From NCBI GenBank assembly GCA_002633005.1, contig NMRA01000090.1, forward strand, positions 792,736 through 856,735: a stretch of DNA of 64,000 nucleotides, in the 5' to 3' direction. The notes beneath the pieces are model-generated. The model worked only from the letters and a program-made list of their open reading frames with translations. It was not told where the DNA came from and did no database searches. The position numbers and the translations under genes were made by a program. Shown here in pieces: positions 12,445-27,400 of the stretch (its first letter is position 1; each line of letters opens with the position of its first letter). The stretch comes from Phoronis australis. Taxonomy: Eukaryota > Animalia > Phoronida.

Positions 12445-15400
12445 ATGCTGAGCTTAAAACTCTTCCTCATTTATACTACCATTCACACGTTATGGGTTGA
12501 CCAAGCATCAGCAAAAGGTGAAGACAACATCGCAGAGAAATTGATGAGGTGAGCCTGGCAAATCGCTACATAGGCTACAGTCACGGTTTTACCGTGGGTA
12601 TTTTATTATAGTCTATGTTGTCAGTGCAGGGCACTTGCTCACCTGACGGTAAAGTGCCTGTGCCTTCTGATGAGGGAATGTTTTAGTTGAGATGACCTCT
12701 GACATCCTTGGCCGGCCTGTGGCTGTGGGTTCGCCATGTTATTAAGTTATTTACTGGTGTTTACTGAGACAGGTTACATGTCTACCCCTCATCATCAATG
12801 CCTCTTGCAGCCAAAACATTTTTCAAAAGTGATTCTAAATATGAAGGGAGTGTTTGGATGATGAGAGGAAATTTGGATGCTTTTTAGGAGGGGAAGGGGG
12901 CTGATATTTCACCCCCAGAGCCATAACCACGAATCCTGATGAAAGCGAAATCTGAAATGATTATTTGTGTAATAATTTCGTAATCCATCATGAACAAAAG
13001 CACTTATGGAGCAGACTAATCACCCATGCATTCAGAGCATGCATCATGAACAGTTAGGCAATTACATCGCCCCTGTGCTACAAGCATATACGGGGGGCAA
13101 TAGTGCACCCCCTCAAGCAGCTACTCGTCTCAAAATAGTGCATCAGATAATATCGAATGAAACATGCAAATATTTAGGCTCGTGCTAGACTTTTAAAGGT
13201 ATTAGCCAAAATGCATCTGAAAACGTGTAGCCGATTTCAAAAAAATTCTAATAGCCAAATACTTTCCAGTGGCGGATCTAGGATATCACAAGGGGGGGGC
13301 CAACATTTTGTCCGGCTGTAAGCATTTGCGCAAACTGAACCACGATTGTAGATGCGCATAGCACCGAATGGGGGGAGGTCGGGAGGGGGGTTTGCCCCCC
13401 TCCCGCCCAGGAAATTTTTCTGTTTTTACCTCTAAAAATCAAGCATTTTCCTTGATTCCTGAAGTATTATTCAAGAAAAAAAAACAAAAAAACACAGAGA
13501 ACGTGTCAAACAGGAAAACTGAACGTACCAAAGACTTGAACTCACGACCTCGAAGTTAGAGAGCGCTTGCGTTACCACTACAACACCACGATTTAACTAG
13601 TAATCTCATGCTAAAAGACCTACTAGTTTATGGTCCACAGCGTTTGCGCGCGAAACTTACTTCTTTTCGTAATGCTTATTACACGTTTTATATTTTGTGC
13701 CATGAATTCTTAACAAATTTGTCGTATTTAAAATAGTCTTCAAATGCCCAAAAGACCAAATCCGTTTTTCGTGTTGGCAATAATGACGGGATTGCTTTGG
13801 AAATCGTCTAAGTTAAGGTTTGACAAAGAGAGTATTGCGAGTTTCTGAGTGATTCACTAAGGCTTCGATTAAAATTCACATCTTACCAGCAGCTTCTGTT
13901 TTTTCATCGTCACTCAGGTTCCATTCTCTTTAAAAAATGAAGTAAATTTTCTTCATTGCACAGTGGAGCAGACGACGAAAACGGAGTCGTAGTGCGCAGC
14001 GCCACTGCCGGTCGCCTGGGATATCGCGGGAGAGCCTATACTTAGCCATACATGTAGTTCCGTTACAAATGCGCCGTATTCCGAATTTGACATTTGAAAT
14101 TGGGTTTGAGCCCCCCCCCAAACACTAAAACTGCACACATTTAAATCTTTTCATCCCTATAATTTTAATTACCGGGGTTAATTAATAAACTCACCATTTC
14201 CCTACGCTCTTACTGTTTTATTTTTTTTGCGGCAGCCAAGGGGGAGGGGGGGCCCGGGCCCCCTGGGCCCCCCCCTAAATCCGCCTATGCTTTCTTACAG
14301 CAGAGATACGTTGGGCCTGATGTTGACCTAAAAATGGGCAGGACGTTCTCCTCTATACCCGGGTTGCAGCAGGGTTGCACCGGCCACATGAGCATTTAAA
14401 CGATGTTCACTTTATAAAAATTGGACAGGAGTTCCCCAGCCCTATCCCTGGGTTACGGTGTGGTACGCAGGCCACTTGGGCATTTCATTGATGTTGACCT
14501 AAAAACAATTGGGCAAGGGTTCCTCCTATCCCCGGGTTAAAGCGGGGTACGCTGGCTACAAAGGCATTTAAAAATTAAATGATGTTCACCTTTAACAAAT
14601 TGGGCAGGGATTCCCCCTATCCCCGGGTTATGGTGGGGTGATCCTGTGATTGAAAATGCAGCTTGATACAGCAAACGATTTACCAAAGTAGAACGCCAGC
14701 TCTTTATATAGCTGACTGATAGATAATGTCTCCATAGTCAAAGTGGGGTAGGACAATTAATGCACTAAACAAAACTTCTAGGGGCAACTAAATCGGTACG
14801 ACAGTGAACATTCAAGAATAATACCTAAGTGTTTATGGGTATATTTTTTGGGTATTCTCCCACCACTAAGTTGTAAATCAAATAGTGGATCTATGTGCAG
14901 AACTGAGTTTTTGGATGGTGAGAAAATAGTGTCCACGTTTTTTTTTTGCTTTGAAATTCATTCGCCACGAATGGCAGCCCACGGAGAAAGTCTGTGTAGA
15001 TCATCTTGTAGTCTCATATCCGTGTAGTTGTGGATTGTCCTCAGGGAAAGGAAAAATAACGATGTGTCATCAGCCTACATAAAGGTTTTACATGAGGTAT
15101 TGTCGGGAAGGTCACTTATGTATAGAAGGAAAAGTAATAGACCAATAACTGACTGCCCTGGGGCACACCCGCATTCATAATAACATGGAGATGATGACAT
15201 TGAACACACGCCATCAATTCGCATTTTGTAGATGCAATTATTATCTAGAGAAAATTCCAATAAACTTAATAGACTACCAGATATCCCAAATGATCTTAAC
15301 TCGAAATGAGTTTAGTCATGTGGGACCATATCGAAGGCAGAGGTTAAGTCGAGGAAAACAGACCTTACGTTGTTGTTATTTTCAAACTATAAATGTATGT

Positions 15401-18400
15401 CGTGGATAATTTCAATTAGTTAATTGGGAAGTTGTACTTTTCCTGGTAGAAAGCCAAACTGCAGTAGATATATGAGAACGTGTGAGTTTAAATGTCTAAG
15501 GAGTTTTTGAAATATAACTTTTTCTAGAATTTTGGAGAAGGTGTTAAGGAGTGTGATGAGGTGATAACTTTACATTTCTGACTTGCAGTCCTACTAGTGA
15601 AGTTGTGCCATTACTCCCAACTTCCCATTGGAAGGATAATGGCCTGACAACAGAATTTATTAATTCAGATAATTCTTTAGCTATCATTTTTATCTGAATG
15701 CTATGAGTTCTGATCCATTTGATTTGTTAACGTCGATATATTGAAGAAGTTTTCTAACTTCTGCAGTAGTAGTTCACTGATCAGTGAACTATTCGTTGCA
15801 CTTTAATTGATAGTTGAGGGATGGTGTCTTGATTAGTCGGATTGATATGGCCTTTGTTTATTAAGTATTCTAGAAATAATGTGCATTTTTCCGATGTTGT
15901 ATCAGCATGTTTGTGAACGTCTTTAGATGACATGAGAGGAAACATGTAATTGGCTGAATATCCTCCTACTAGTATTTTGTTAACAATTTTCCAGTACTCC
16001 TTAGAATTTTTCTTTGGAATAAGGCTGATATAGACTCTATTCACGCTGCGGACATTAAAATCCAAAGCGAGGCTCACTGCGATAAACAAAGCAGAAATTT
16101 ACATGTGAGTTAAATGGCCGCTCTTTGGAGTCCAACCTGAATATTAAATCTGTGTCAATAATTAACCACAGAGACGTATAAAAATACAGTTAAAGAACAA
16201 GTCAATGCACCAAAGAGTTGTCTGACGAAAGGATATAGCTTTTTTCTGGAAAACTAGGTTCAAAACATTAAAAGTGAACATGACCAAATTGCGGCGATCG
16301 TAGTGTTACGGATTAGGTATCATGCTGAATGCAGGGTTACGTTTCTTCTAATAAATTCTTGATATATTCTACACGAACCAGGTCATCTGGTCGTATTGTT
16401 GACGAGTTGAAGATATATTCGACAGTGGTGGCTCGTAGCATTTTGCTGCCATGTGCAATTAGTCTCATCTGGTTTCATTTGTTGATCACTAGAGTTGGCC
16501 TATTAGCTTCAAGCATTGCCTAGGTCCTGGTGAGGTAGGCACTACCGGGACTAACAGTTGATTTGTCATTGATCTGAAATAATACTTGATGTTATTAAAT
16601 AAGAGTACGATAAAAAACTAGGCTCGCAATTGAAAATAAAAATTATATGACCATGAATTCTGCTTTCTCAGGTTTTAATAATTACGTCTATTTCATGTGT
16701 TATATTTTCAAATATCAATCTCGACCAAGTTGAATTTTAAACTTAAAACACCTAATTCTTTTGTCCAAAGCATAACCTCGTTTTAGAGCTCAATTTCAGT
16801 TAACTGGACAGAACACAGGCGCAGATTTAGAGGGGAGCCAAGGGGCAATGCCCCACAGCCCCCCCCCCCCTTAAATTCTCCCAGATTCCATTTGGCAGTT
16901 CAGGAGCGCGAATTTCCGACGGGCAAAATCCTGGCTGATACTCTGACTAATAACTCAAAGTCCTGGATGCCCCCTGGAACAAGCATAGTTATCATGTTTC
17001 TTCAGAGGCCTCGTTCATATCCAAGGGGAAAGGTGCCTCGTGTGTGCGGCCTTCTGAGAAGGGAATGTTTCGCCGAGTGACGGGTCAGTGAAAACTCTAC
17101 TGACCTCCCGATCACCATCAATAGCACCCCGCCCTTTTGCAAGCTATCATAGCTCTGTCTCAAGTAGCATTTTCAGTGGCTGATCTAGGATACCAGGCCT
17201 AGTGAGCNGGGGGGGGGGGGGGGGGGGGGGCGACATCCTCGGAGAAGCGGGCAAAGCGCGATTGTATGCACGCAGGCGGCCCGGAAGTTGCGGGCTCAGA
17301 GGATGTATACCTTCTGATCAGGAAATTAATACGGAACGTGTTTTCCCCCCTCATCCGTTACCGGTCCTAGCTCGCACTAGTCAGTACAAGTTTCCTCCTG
17401 CTTCACGTTTTTCTGGTTTATTTTGCTTGCGGCAGTCAACGGGGGGGCTAAATCCGCCTATGATTTTGTACTTTTTCAAATTGTCACCTCTGTGGTCACA
17501 GGTGATTTGAACCGTTGGAGAGAAATTTTAAATCACAGGGATTTTTAGGCCTTGTGGCCGGAAATTTCATGTGATTTTTCAATATTTTTGAGAGGGGAAT
17601 AGGGTCGATATTTGGCCCCAAAATTGAGGGATTGAGGGCCCTGTCCTTTTTGTAAAGAAAAATGCATCGCGCTTCAACCCATAGTCATGAAAACACAGCC
17701 TGGCTGGCCGAAGATTCTCCGGTCCTCGTTGCTATGGCGGCATCCAGTCCGAGATGCGACAAATTCATGATTTGAAAACAGTTATAAATTTTACACGGAC
17801 ATATTTTCCTTCGTCGCGGCATATGGCAAGGACCCAACACTTCCGAATCCCAACGTTCTTAGGGATTGTAAAACAGAGTGTCCGTATTTTTTTCTAGCTG
17901 TTCGAGCAATGCGGAGTACAACTACGCGGAAAAGCGACCAGATTTATCGTAGCGCGCCTCGTTTTGGAACGCGCCTCCTGTCGGCGTGAATAGGGTCTAT
18001 TGTAATCATGTTTAGACTGTTCATTGTATTGATTAAAATGAAGAGGGTTACCAGATTGTTTTTAGTGACTGGATATCTTAATGCATTTTTTACATTTCGT
18101 GTTTTAATCTCTACTACACTGGCCTTTTTAATGTGAAATTAACAACTGTCCCTCTCATGCAAGTGACCTCATGTGACTTACCAAGTGAGGAAGTCAGTGC
18201 AGTTAGGATCGAACTTGACCAATAAACCTAGCTCCAACTACTGGCTATTTAGCTATTCCCCCATCTAGCACTTTCTAAATTTTGTTTTCTATCCATCTTG
18301 GTAATAATCTTTTTGTAATCTTGTTTTGCAGGCTAAAGTTCAAAAACCTTGGCACAGTCCTCAGTAGTGATCAGTTTGTGTGGAAGACACAGCCAGGTGA

Positions 18401-21400
18401 TTACCTGGAGGCAGAGAATGTAACAAAGGTGCGCCACAGTTGGCAGGTGTTAGGTCATTTGAACTATCTGTACAAGAAGTTAGAGAATGGTACATTAGTG
18501 GCTCCCCCTGTGGGCATGAGGAGCTCTGTTCCTCTTGGAGGTTTGTATTAAGTAGTTCTTCTGACTTCTGATTCCATAATTTATCCTCATGTCATTCCTC
18601 TCGCAGGTGTTTCATATCTGCGCATGTGTGACCTTCATTCAGCCGTCAGCAAGCCATGTGAGACTCAAAATGGAGAATGCCGTTGAATGAGCTGGGATTC
18701 CCTGTGACAACAGGCTTCAACAAGTGTTAATGGTACAACTCAAGGTAGACTAAGGATAATTGGAAATGACCGTCGCATACAACTCCTTTTTGGTGTTTCA
18801 AGTATGTGTATGTACATGGTGATACTGGAATGTTTTGCGAACTGAGGTCACCATTGGCTAGAGCCGAAATTGAAATTAACGAGGTACCTGACGTGAAAAG
18901 CCGGCAAACTCTCAGAGGTCTGGCATTTTTTGCTCAAATGAAAAATTAGGAGCATCCCATGTGCTCGTTGATGATCAATTTACCACTTATGGGTCCAATG
19001 TTCCATGCCCAACAACTGGACAGATAAACACAATCGGGCCTTCTGATGTTTGCTGAATGATTCTGACTTTCATCTGCTTTCCTCCTGTAGTAATTTGAGT
19101 ACATGCTCAGATGTGGCGTGTCGACTTTATGGAGACCTGGAACATTTGCCACGTTGCCAAACAAAATCTGCGGTTGTGTGGGCAACCTGCAAGCCAACAA
19201 ATGTAACCCTGTACTGGTTAGTTTATAACTTGTCTGTGGTTGCCATTGAATGAAAAATCTTTCAAGTATTTTTGTGGTTTCATGTAGTGGTGTCCATGTA
19301 GACAGTAGCAATGTTGCTTCATGAATCTATCCTTAATAGTTGGAAAGAATGATCATTTTTTCTCTATTTTGACAGGAATTTCAACTGGTTTTGTTGAGCT
19401 GAGGGCTGATGGCTCGTTTCACGAATGGACAATTATGAACCAGACTCCAGGTGGTGCTGCTAAGATACAGGTAGGCGCTTTAGTTCTGGTGCATCAGCTG
19501 GGCTATGTTCAAGCTGAAAAAATACTGCTGAAAGAACTATTCAATTGGGCGTTTTCTGAAAGAGGTATTGAGTTTAGACAAATAAATGGTTTTATGTTTA
19601 CCAATCAGAAAAGAAACTAAAGCTTTAGATGTTCTGTCTTCTTACAATTGTCTAAGTCTTTTTCTTAAAATAATGGAGTAGAATTTTGCATCCAAAGTTG
19701 TGATTTATAAAAAATGGTAATTTAGATGAATGTTAGGTATTTTGGAGCAACTGGCCAAAATAACTTTTCGAGACTAATGTGGATGGATACATGCGCATCT
19801 GTGTATCTATGTGTTTTTTGTCCTTACTTGTGTGTAATGTCTCTGTTTTTACAAGGAAATTAAGACATTTGGAAATTTGAACAATACTCCAGACAAATAT
19901 AGTTGAATTTTCTTTGTCAGCCATGTCAGAAATTCCAAGTATTACGTAATCTTTTTCAGGTTTTTGATGATGCCTTTCTTGCTGTTTCCTGGAAGATAAC
20001 TAATGAAGCCTCCCCTGGCACTCGACCTGATAACTTGACCTTCCGGCCAAGGAAAGGAAGAAGAGCTAAGATTGTATTTAATGACATCAATGACTTCTGG
20101 ATGAAACAGAAGTATAGGTCAGGAGGTTATAGGTTAAGAGGCCATAGGTTAAGAGGACAAAAGTTAGGTGGGAAGTTGGCAGAGGGCATACTGGCATTGC
20201 GCACACATCCCTCAGATAACATGAAGGCAGCTAATATCCAAGGTGTTTATGGTCTCGAGTACTCTGGAGCACATCCTGTAACTCGCCTCAGGGTCATTGA
20301 CAGCAGGATACCTTTCAATTTAACTGTTTTCGCCTTCTCGGCATATTCTGTTAATGACATGAACTTCTCTGCTATGCCGACTGTACACTTTGTGCCAGTG
20401 GTAGAGAACCCCTCTTCGTCTGACTTTGATGTTTCTCTGCATCTTGTGTTGCCTCGGGGAGTGGAGCCACGTACACAACGCAGTGTCAAGGCCATGACAT
20501 ATGAAGACCAGAAGGTCTATTCTTTCAGCAAGGTACGCTCAGATTTGGACTGTTTCACTTTGTGCAATAGCAATTATTCCCTGCTCTGTAAGTCCTGGAA
20601 TTGGAATTCTAATGGAACTTGTTTGTTGTACAACACAATCAACCTTAATACCTTTGCAGAAGGCATGTCCTCAGGTTTACGTAGTTCTTGGGCTGTAGAC
20701 TCTCGTGGTAGTGTAGAGTGCTTGTCACACATAACACCAGGTGATGCGCCACCTAGTGGCAACATATCACTGTGTGCAAATGCAGCCTCACAGATGACTA
20801 CCTTCAACAACCTTAGTCACTGGAGTCCATCAGTGACCTCAAGGGCCCGGCTTGGCGCTGCCATCTATGGATCACTGTCGACTGACAAGACTGAGGTTCA
20901 CAAAGGTCAAATTGCAGCACTCTCGTCCATTCTTATGACCTGGTTCTATCCAACGAAGGACTTCTTGGGCAGAATGTATGGGAACATGTACACGCAGCTT
21001 TTTGAGGACTCACTTGATGCTTCGAATAAGTCATACAACAGTCTCAACAAGGCTTTAGATGACATTCTTGTTCTTAATGGTGTCTTTTTCAACTCTTCTC
21101 TGCCTGATTATCTGCAAGATATGCTCCTCAACAGTATCAGCCATGTGAGGTGAGTCAGTACAGCTTGTACAACTTCATACATTATGTCATTTTTTCCTGA
21201 TCTGACCTAGTTTTATGTACTGTGACCTACTCTCAGAGTTGTCTCACGTTGACATTTTGTAGTTATAACTGATGACAAATAGCTGAGCCTTAATGGTTGC
21301 CATGAATATCAATTTGTAACTGTTCCTGTGCTTCTTATGAAGTTTTATGATCCTCCGCCCATTATGATTACATGCTTTGACTGTCTGTCATGTTAGTAAC

Positions 21401-24400
21401 AGTACTGTTTTCAGCTGATGTCATTGTTTGTGTCTTTCTAGGTCTGCTATGTGGTTCAATGATGGTCGGTGGAGACAGTGGGAGGCATATGACTGCACTA
21501 ACTTGGGTAAGTGTTTCTATAACTCACTATCATACGGTGGGAGGTGTATGAATACATTTGGTAATGAAGTAAAGGGGTGCAAACCATTGCCGTCACAAAT
21601 TTCGGTTGTTTTTATAATTAGGTTAATTAACAATTGATGTTCTTGTCACAAATTGTCTTACTGCAGATAATTATAATTTCTCTTATTGCCTGTGAAGAGT
21701 GTTATTTATCAGCAGGTGGAGATGCGTTTTAACTGCGTTCACACAGTCATGTTTTTTTACCATTCTCATTGTTCAGACTCTGTTCACAATGATGGTGAGA
21801 GACACATTCCCTACATCATGTTCCTGCCCGAGTCTGTCAAGAACAAGATGCTGGGCTGGGCCAAAAGTCAGCAGTCTAATGGTATGATTGTGGAGCAGCT
21901 GCATGAAGGCTGCACGTTCCCCTACTCTGGATACTTGGATACTCCATCTGGACGTGTTATGTCTGATGTTACCTCCATGTTTATGGTCTACGCTCTGGAG
22001 CTGTACAAGTGAGTACATTTTGGATCCAATCTCGTTGCAGTTGTTCTCTGTTTTCTGAGGTTTAATGTTTGTCAACATTGTCTAATTATACTAAATGAAA
22101 AGGTCCAAAAAGAGTGTGTTGTGTAGTACTCATTGTGGCTCATTGTTTACAGATGGGGAAACGAAGTGGACTTCACTAAGCAGATGTGGCCGTTTGTCAA
22201 GAAGGCTGCTCAGTGGCACCTTGACCAGTCCAAGACTACTGGCACCCTTCACCATATGGTAACCACATATGACGTGCTCGGCCTGACTGCCTATGACTAC
22301 TCCACCTACAGTACTAGTTTTCATATGCTGGCCATGAGAGCAGCAGAGGACCTGGCTGTTATAATGGGTATGACTTAGTCAATGTAGCTGTCAGTTACAA
22401 TTAATTATGCTCCAACGTATTTATATGTGGGTGCATATTATCATCATCTCCGTTAGGGCATACGGCGTCTGCATCTTACCCCATGCAGGATTTTATTGAA
22501 ATTTTGCATGTGTGTAACTATGTGGCTGACAACAGATGACGACAACTTACTGACCGATCCGAGTTCCGCTGTGCCACTTAAAGGCAGTTTAATTTATTTA
22601 CATTTGCCTCAGTCTGTATCTTTGAAATAGGTTTTTAATTAGGAGGTGATGGTGCCATTCCATTTTTGAATGGATTGCGCCGCCTTGTGGCATTTTTTGT
22701 ATTTTTACGTCTGTTTACTGGTGACCGTCTCTCTATCTGCCATGCCACTTAAAGGATCATTAGAAATATTTTCAGAATGTGTTTCTGATGGGAAAGCCAC
22801 AACTGATGTTGACTTTCGGACAAGTCCGACTACTAGCAGTGTTGCCCCCTTGTGGCAATTTTGTTTTTTTGCGTCTGTGGCTGAATCTCCTTTGTAAAAT
22901 TTAAAGATGCATTCCTAAGGAGCTGACGACAAACGGCAGCGAATGTCGAACTAATCCAAATACTAACTGTGCCCACTATTTCTTCAAAGCTCATAATAAT
23001 TTTCATGAAATTCGGCAAATTGGTTTTTAATAAGGAGACGACAATGCCTTCAGATTTTCGGACAGATATGATGTTTTCTGCGTCACCTAGTGGTCATTTT
23101 TTGTTATTTTTGCATCAGTTTTATGGTGCTAGCCTCCATAGTTACCATACCCTTTAAACGGTCATACAAGTTTGAAAATTTGCAGATGTGTTCCTTATTA
23201 GAAGGCCATGATTGACGTTAATTTTCAGACTGGTTCGACTACTGTGTCGCCGACTAGTGGCGATTTAGTTTTTTTTTTGCATCTGCAGCTGAATCTCCTT
23301 AACCCTTTGAGGGACCTTCGTGAAATTTGTATGGAGCCGACAACACTGTTAAACTGATTCAAATACCACTGTGCCCCCTAGTGGCAAAATGTTTTTTAAC
23401 ATGTTTATCTCTGTATCTTTGGAGTTCATTAATGACTATATTCATGAAGTTCGGCAAACAGGTTTCTGTTAATGAGACAACAAAACCTTCCCATTTTCAG
23501 ACCGATTTGATTTTTTGCACCACCTTTTGGCCATTTAAAAAAATTATGCTTTTGGCATCTACTTCCTGTAGATATGGCAACAGGTGACGATGATTTTCGA
23601 CCAGTCAGACTATTGCTGTACCCGAAATGTTAATTGTTTTTTTTACGTTTACCTCTAATTCTTGAGAGTTCCTTGGCTTATTTACATGAAATTTGGCAAT
23701 TAGATGTGCATAACAGAGACGACGCCTCCTTCTCAGTTAGGACGAGTTCTATGCATTTTGTCTTATCTTATGGCCATTTTTTGTGATACTAAAAACCCCA
23801 TAGAGGCACACCGTTTGCGGTGCTGTCGTGGGCGCATTTCAATGCTCCGCGTTATCTTGTTTTGATTCTGCTATCGCGTTTACTTGGTAAATTATGCTCA
23901 TAGCTCAAAACTTTTTTGTAATCTAAAAGATTTTTTAATAAAAACCAAACCTGTCGCTATGTACACAAACCAGTAAGTGGTCAACATTTGGGTTGAAATC
24001 TAAAAGAATTTTTTATCTACAGTGGTCCCACACAACTTAGTGTATCGCATGGTTGAATAGCCCACCTGTTACATAAAGAATGGCTACTGGCACTTAGCTG
24101 AAAGCATTTTGATGTATAGAAACCTTTTAATTCTGATTACTTTCATTGTTAATATCAATATTGCTTGATTTGTTATGGCTGTATTGAAAAACAAAGGCTT
24201 GTGTTGCCAGACTTTGTGAAATCTGCCAGTACCAGCTGACTCAAGTGTACAACATACAGGCTCAGTCGTGGTAGAGCATAACATTATCCAGCTGTTACAT
24301 TGCTAGCAGTAGCACTAATACTCAGTATCACACTACAAGCTAGTACTGTACATGTGTAGCATTGACACATAAAGTTAGACTGAGCTTGCTTAATATTTGA

Positions 24401-27400
24401 AACTTCATTTGGTCACGGCCTGTGAAATAATATGTGGATTTGCACTAGGTGACACTGACTTTGCCTCTGAGTGCCACCAAGCCTACGTTCGTGCCCAGGG
24501 TGTACTGGACAGTGTCCAGTGGAACAGTACTGGTGGCTACTACAATGCCTACACTCAGTTGAACAAGACTGCCAAGGTACAGCGTTACTACAGCAAGCGC
24601 TTACACAGATTCCTGGAGATTGACCCCACAACCTCACCACCTGGAGCGATCATGACAGACAGTTTCTATAGCCAGGTGAGTGGTTGATGTTTCGACACTT
24701 CAGATGAGTGATTGACATGACAAGCAGTTTTAATGTTCTGATGAGGTGGTGATATCGTCATGTAGATAAAGGTTGATATGAAGTCAGAGTTTCTGCTGCC
24801 TTGTGAGTGATTTGTTTCAAGAGAGACATTTTCTATAGCCAGTTGAGTGGCTGATATGATGACAGACAGTTTGTTCATTGAGGAGAGTGGTTGTTATCAT
24901 GAGGGGCAGTTTTTACAGCCTTTTAAGTGGTTGGTATAACAACAGTTTCTACAGCTTGGTGAGTGGCTGATATCATAACAAAGTGAGTGTTTGATGTCAT
25001 GGCAGCCCAATTGATAGCTGTTTACTGTACAGTGCACTTAGTAGTGTTATGTAAGCAACTTCATTATGGTCGTACACAATCAATAGTTGCTTGCTCTTGC
25101 ACTAAGTTTTATGATGCCATAGGGAAAGTTTTACTAATAATTCCTTTCAATGGCGATCATTTTCTTGATAGCACTCAGTATACGTTTTTTAGCCTTGGTA
25201 CAGGACTGGCGGCTGGGTACGTACAACTCAGCCATCATAAAGTCATAACCAAATACAAACCTGGCAATATCCAATTTGGAAAATATCTGCATAGGGTTAA
25301 TGTTTGTACGAAAAAATAAAACTGTTGTCCTTGCGATCATTTTGATGCGATTGTGTGCATTTTGCTGGCACAACCACCCCAAACAATTAATTTACACTTC
25401 CTTGTAAAATTAATGCATTTTTCACTCGGCCATCTCTGAGCATAGCATTTGACTCATTGGATTGTGCAACTCAAACATGGATAGCAATATTATTAGGCAC
25501 TGTCTCATCACAACGAATTCAAGAAGCAAAACATGGAGTATCACACTGAATTCTACATGCGTGTACATTTATCCGCTTTAATTCGATGAAACTTTTGATA
25601 CAAAGGGCAACTCTGATGTGTAGCAGTGTGGTAATGGAGGACCTACTTAGTCTTTTGTCACCTGACAAGCCTTTTAATGATATCACAAGATTTGTTAAAG
25701 ATTAATTAGATTCAAGCTACAAGAATGGTGATTATCTTCATTAAAGTGCTCGTTGTTCCCTGTTATGACAGACGGCCACTTGCACTCCACCATCAGTACG
25801 GGAAATTGCACTCATCTGTCATGACCGAGAATTGTGGAGCATTTGCCTATTTCATTTTTCCCCTGTATTGTTGTTATTTTCCTATGAACACTGCAGCAGT
25901 AAAGTTGTTCAATAATTTGTCCATAAAAATTAGCTTGATAAACCAGGACTGTGCTTGAGGGTATGAGTGTTGGTAGTGTGTTGTGCTGAGAGTTTTGCCT
26001 GATGTGTACAACTGAAACAGTTGTTTTACCTGCTCTCTATTGTTTTATTTTCCAGGTTCTGGCCTTCTCTGTGGGTCTAGGTATCCTACCACAGGACTTT
26101 ACCAAATTGGAGAGACATCTGCAGGCAGAGTACAGAATCAACAACACTCCGTATGGCATGCTTGTTCTGACTGGTTAGTCATCTTGACAGTGGGAATATC
26201 TTGAATGGGATATTTGTTGGCCATAATGGATGGTTAATGTTCAGTCAATTATAATGCCTCATAGGCTGTTTGCAGACACCTCTTCAGTCTTAAACAAAGT
26301 CATAGACAGACATAATCTATAAAAAACTTAATTTAGTCTGGTTTAAACTCTGAAAATGTTTTCTTGTTAATGTCATCTTTCCATGTTTTCATAGCAAATT
26401 AGATTTAAAAACCGTTTTGTTAGCTTTGGAAAGAATATTAAATATCTTTAGCATGCAATCTCATGCAAAATTCATCATTGATTTGAGGTATTCTACGGAG
26501 TGCTTGTGTCTCATTTCAGGTCGGTATCCCTACCCCGGGCCTCGTACGGATAATGCTGTTTGGCAAATGGGAAACCCAAACTGGGCAACTTCCAATATTC
26601 ACTTGGGAAATGATGTTGACTATGCACTACAGGTAGCTGAAGTCACCTTGGATGCCTGGAGGTCAAAGGTCAATGACATCTGGAACGTGGCTGGAATTTC
26701 AGGCGGTATTGGTGCGTGATTTATCAGGCAACGAATTTCATCTACCATTATCGTCTTGTATTGTGAACATTTGATTGAAAGACATAACTAACAAAAACGT
26801 TTATTAAGTAACTACTTAAAGTAATTGTGAACATGTTCAGCGCATAATGTGGAGTTCTGGTGCACTGCTGTTGACTACATTGTGACAGTCATCTTAGTAG
26901 TTGTTATCAAATAAAACTTTGTTGTAGTGTGGTTGTCGCAACATGTTTATTTTCCTTTGAAACTTCAGTATTAAAATAAACCTTAAGTTGATTCATGTCA
27001 AGTAACCTCTGAAAGAATACACGGTTTTTAATGAAGTTTGATATTGGTTGAAAATGTAAATTGTCTTTTTGTTAAATTTGTTGCAGAGGCTCAGGGGTGG
27101 AAATCATTGCATGGCAGTGCTCCAAATTCCATCTTTGACCCTCTAAACCCCAGTTTCAAACCAGCAGACATCAAACCCACAGTACTAATTCCAGACCTGT
27201 GTGCCTACACTACATGTTCCATACTGGGTCCCCAAAACTGCATTCTAGGGGACCTTCGGAATCAGGAGTCTTGTCCCGGAACTTGAGTTATGGGGACTGT
27301 GTTCAGAGAATTTTTAGTATGTGAGTTAAGGTGCATAGGTCTGGGTATTTGTATCATGGAGTTGGTACTAGCTGGTCTGGTACTGGTGTTAATAGAATTG

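Noticed and set aside
13522-13590. Functional tRNA gene
   Set aside because: Only A/B-box-like motifs; no full cloverleaf, and it lies within a MITE.
19903-21153. 416-aa ORF as a stand-alone gene
   Set aside because: It is GH116 exon 4 (19960-21149) plus intronic read-through.
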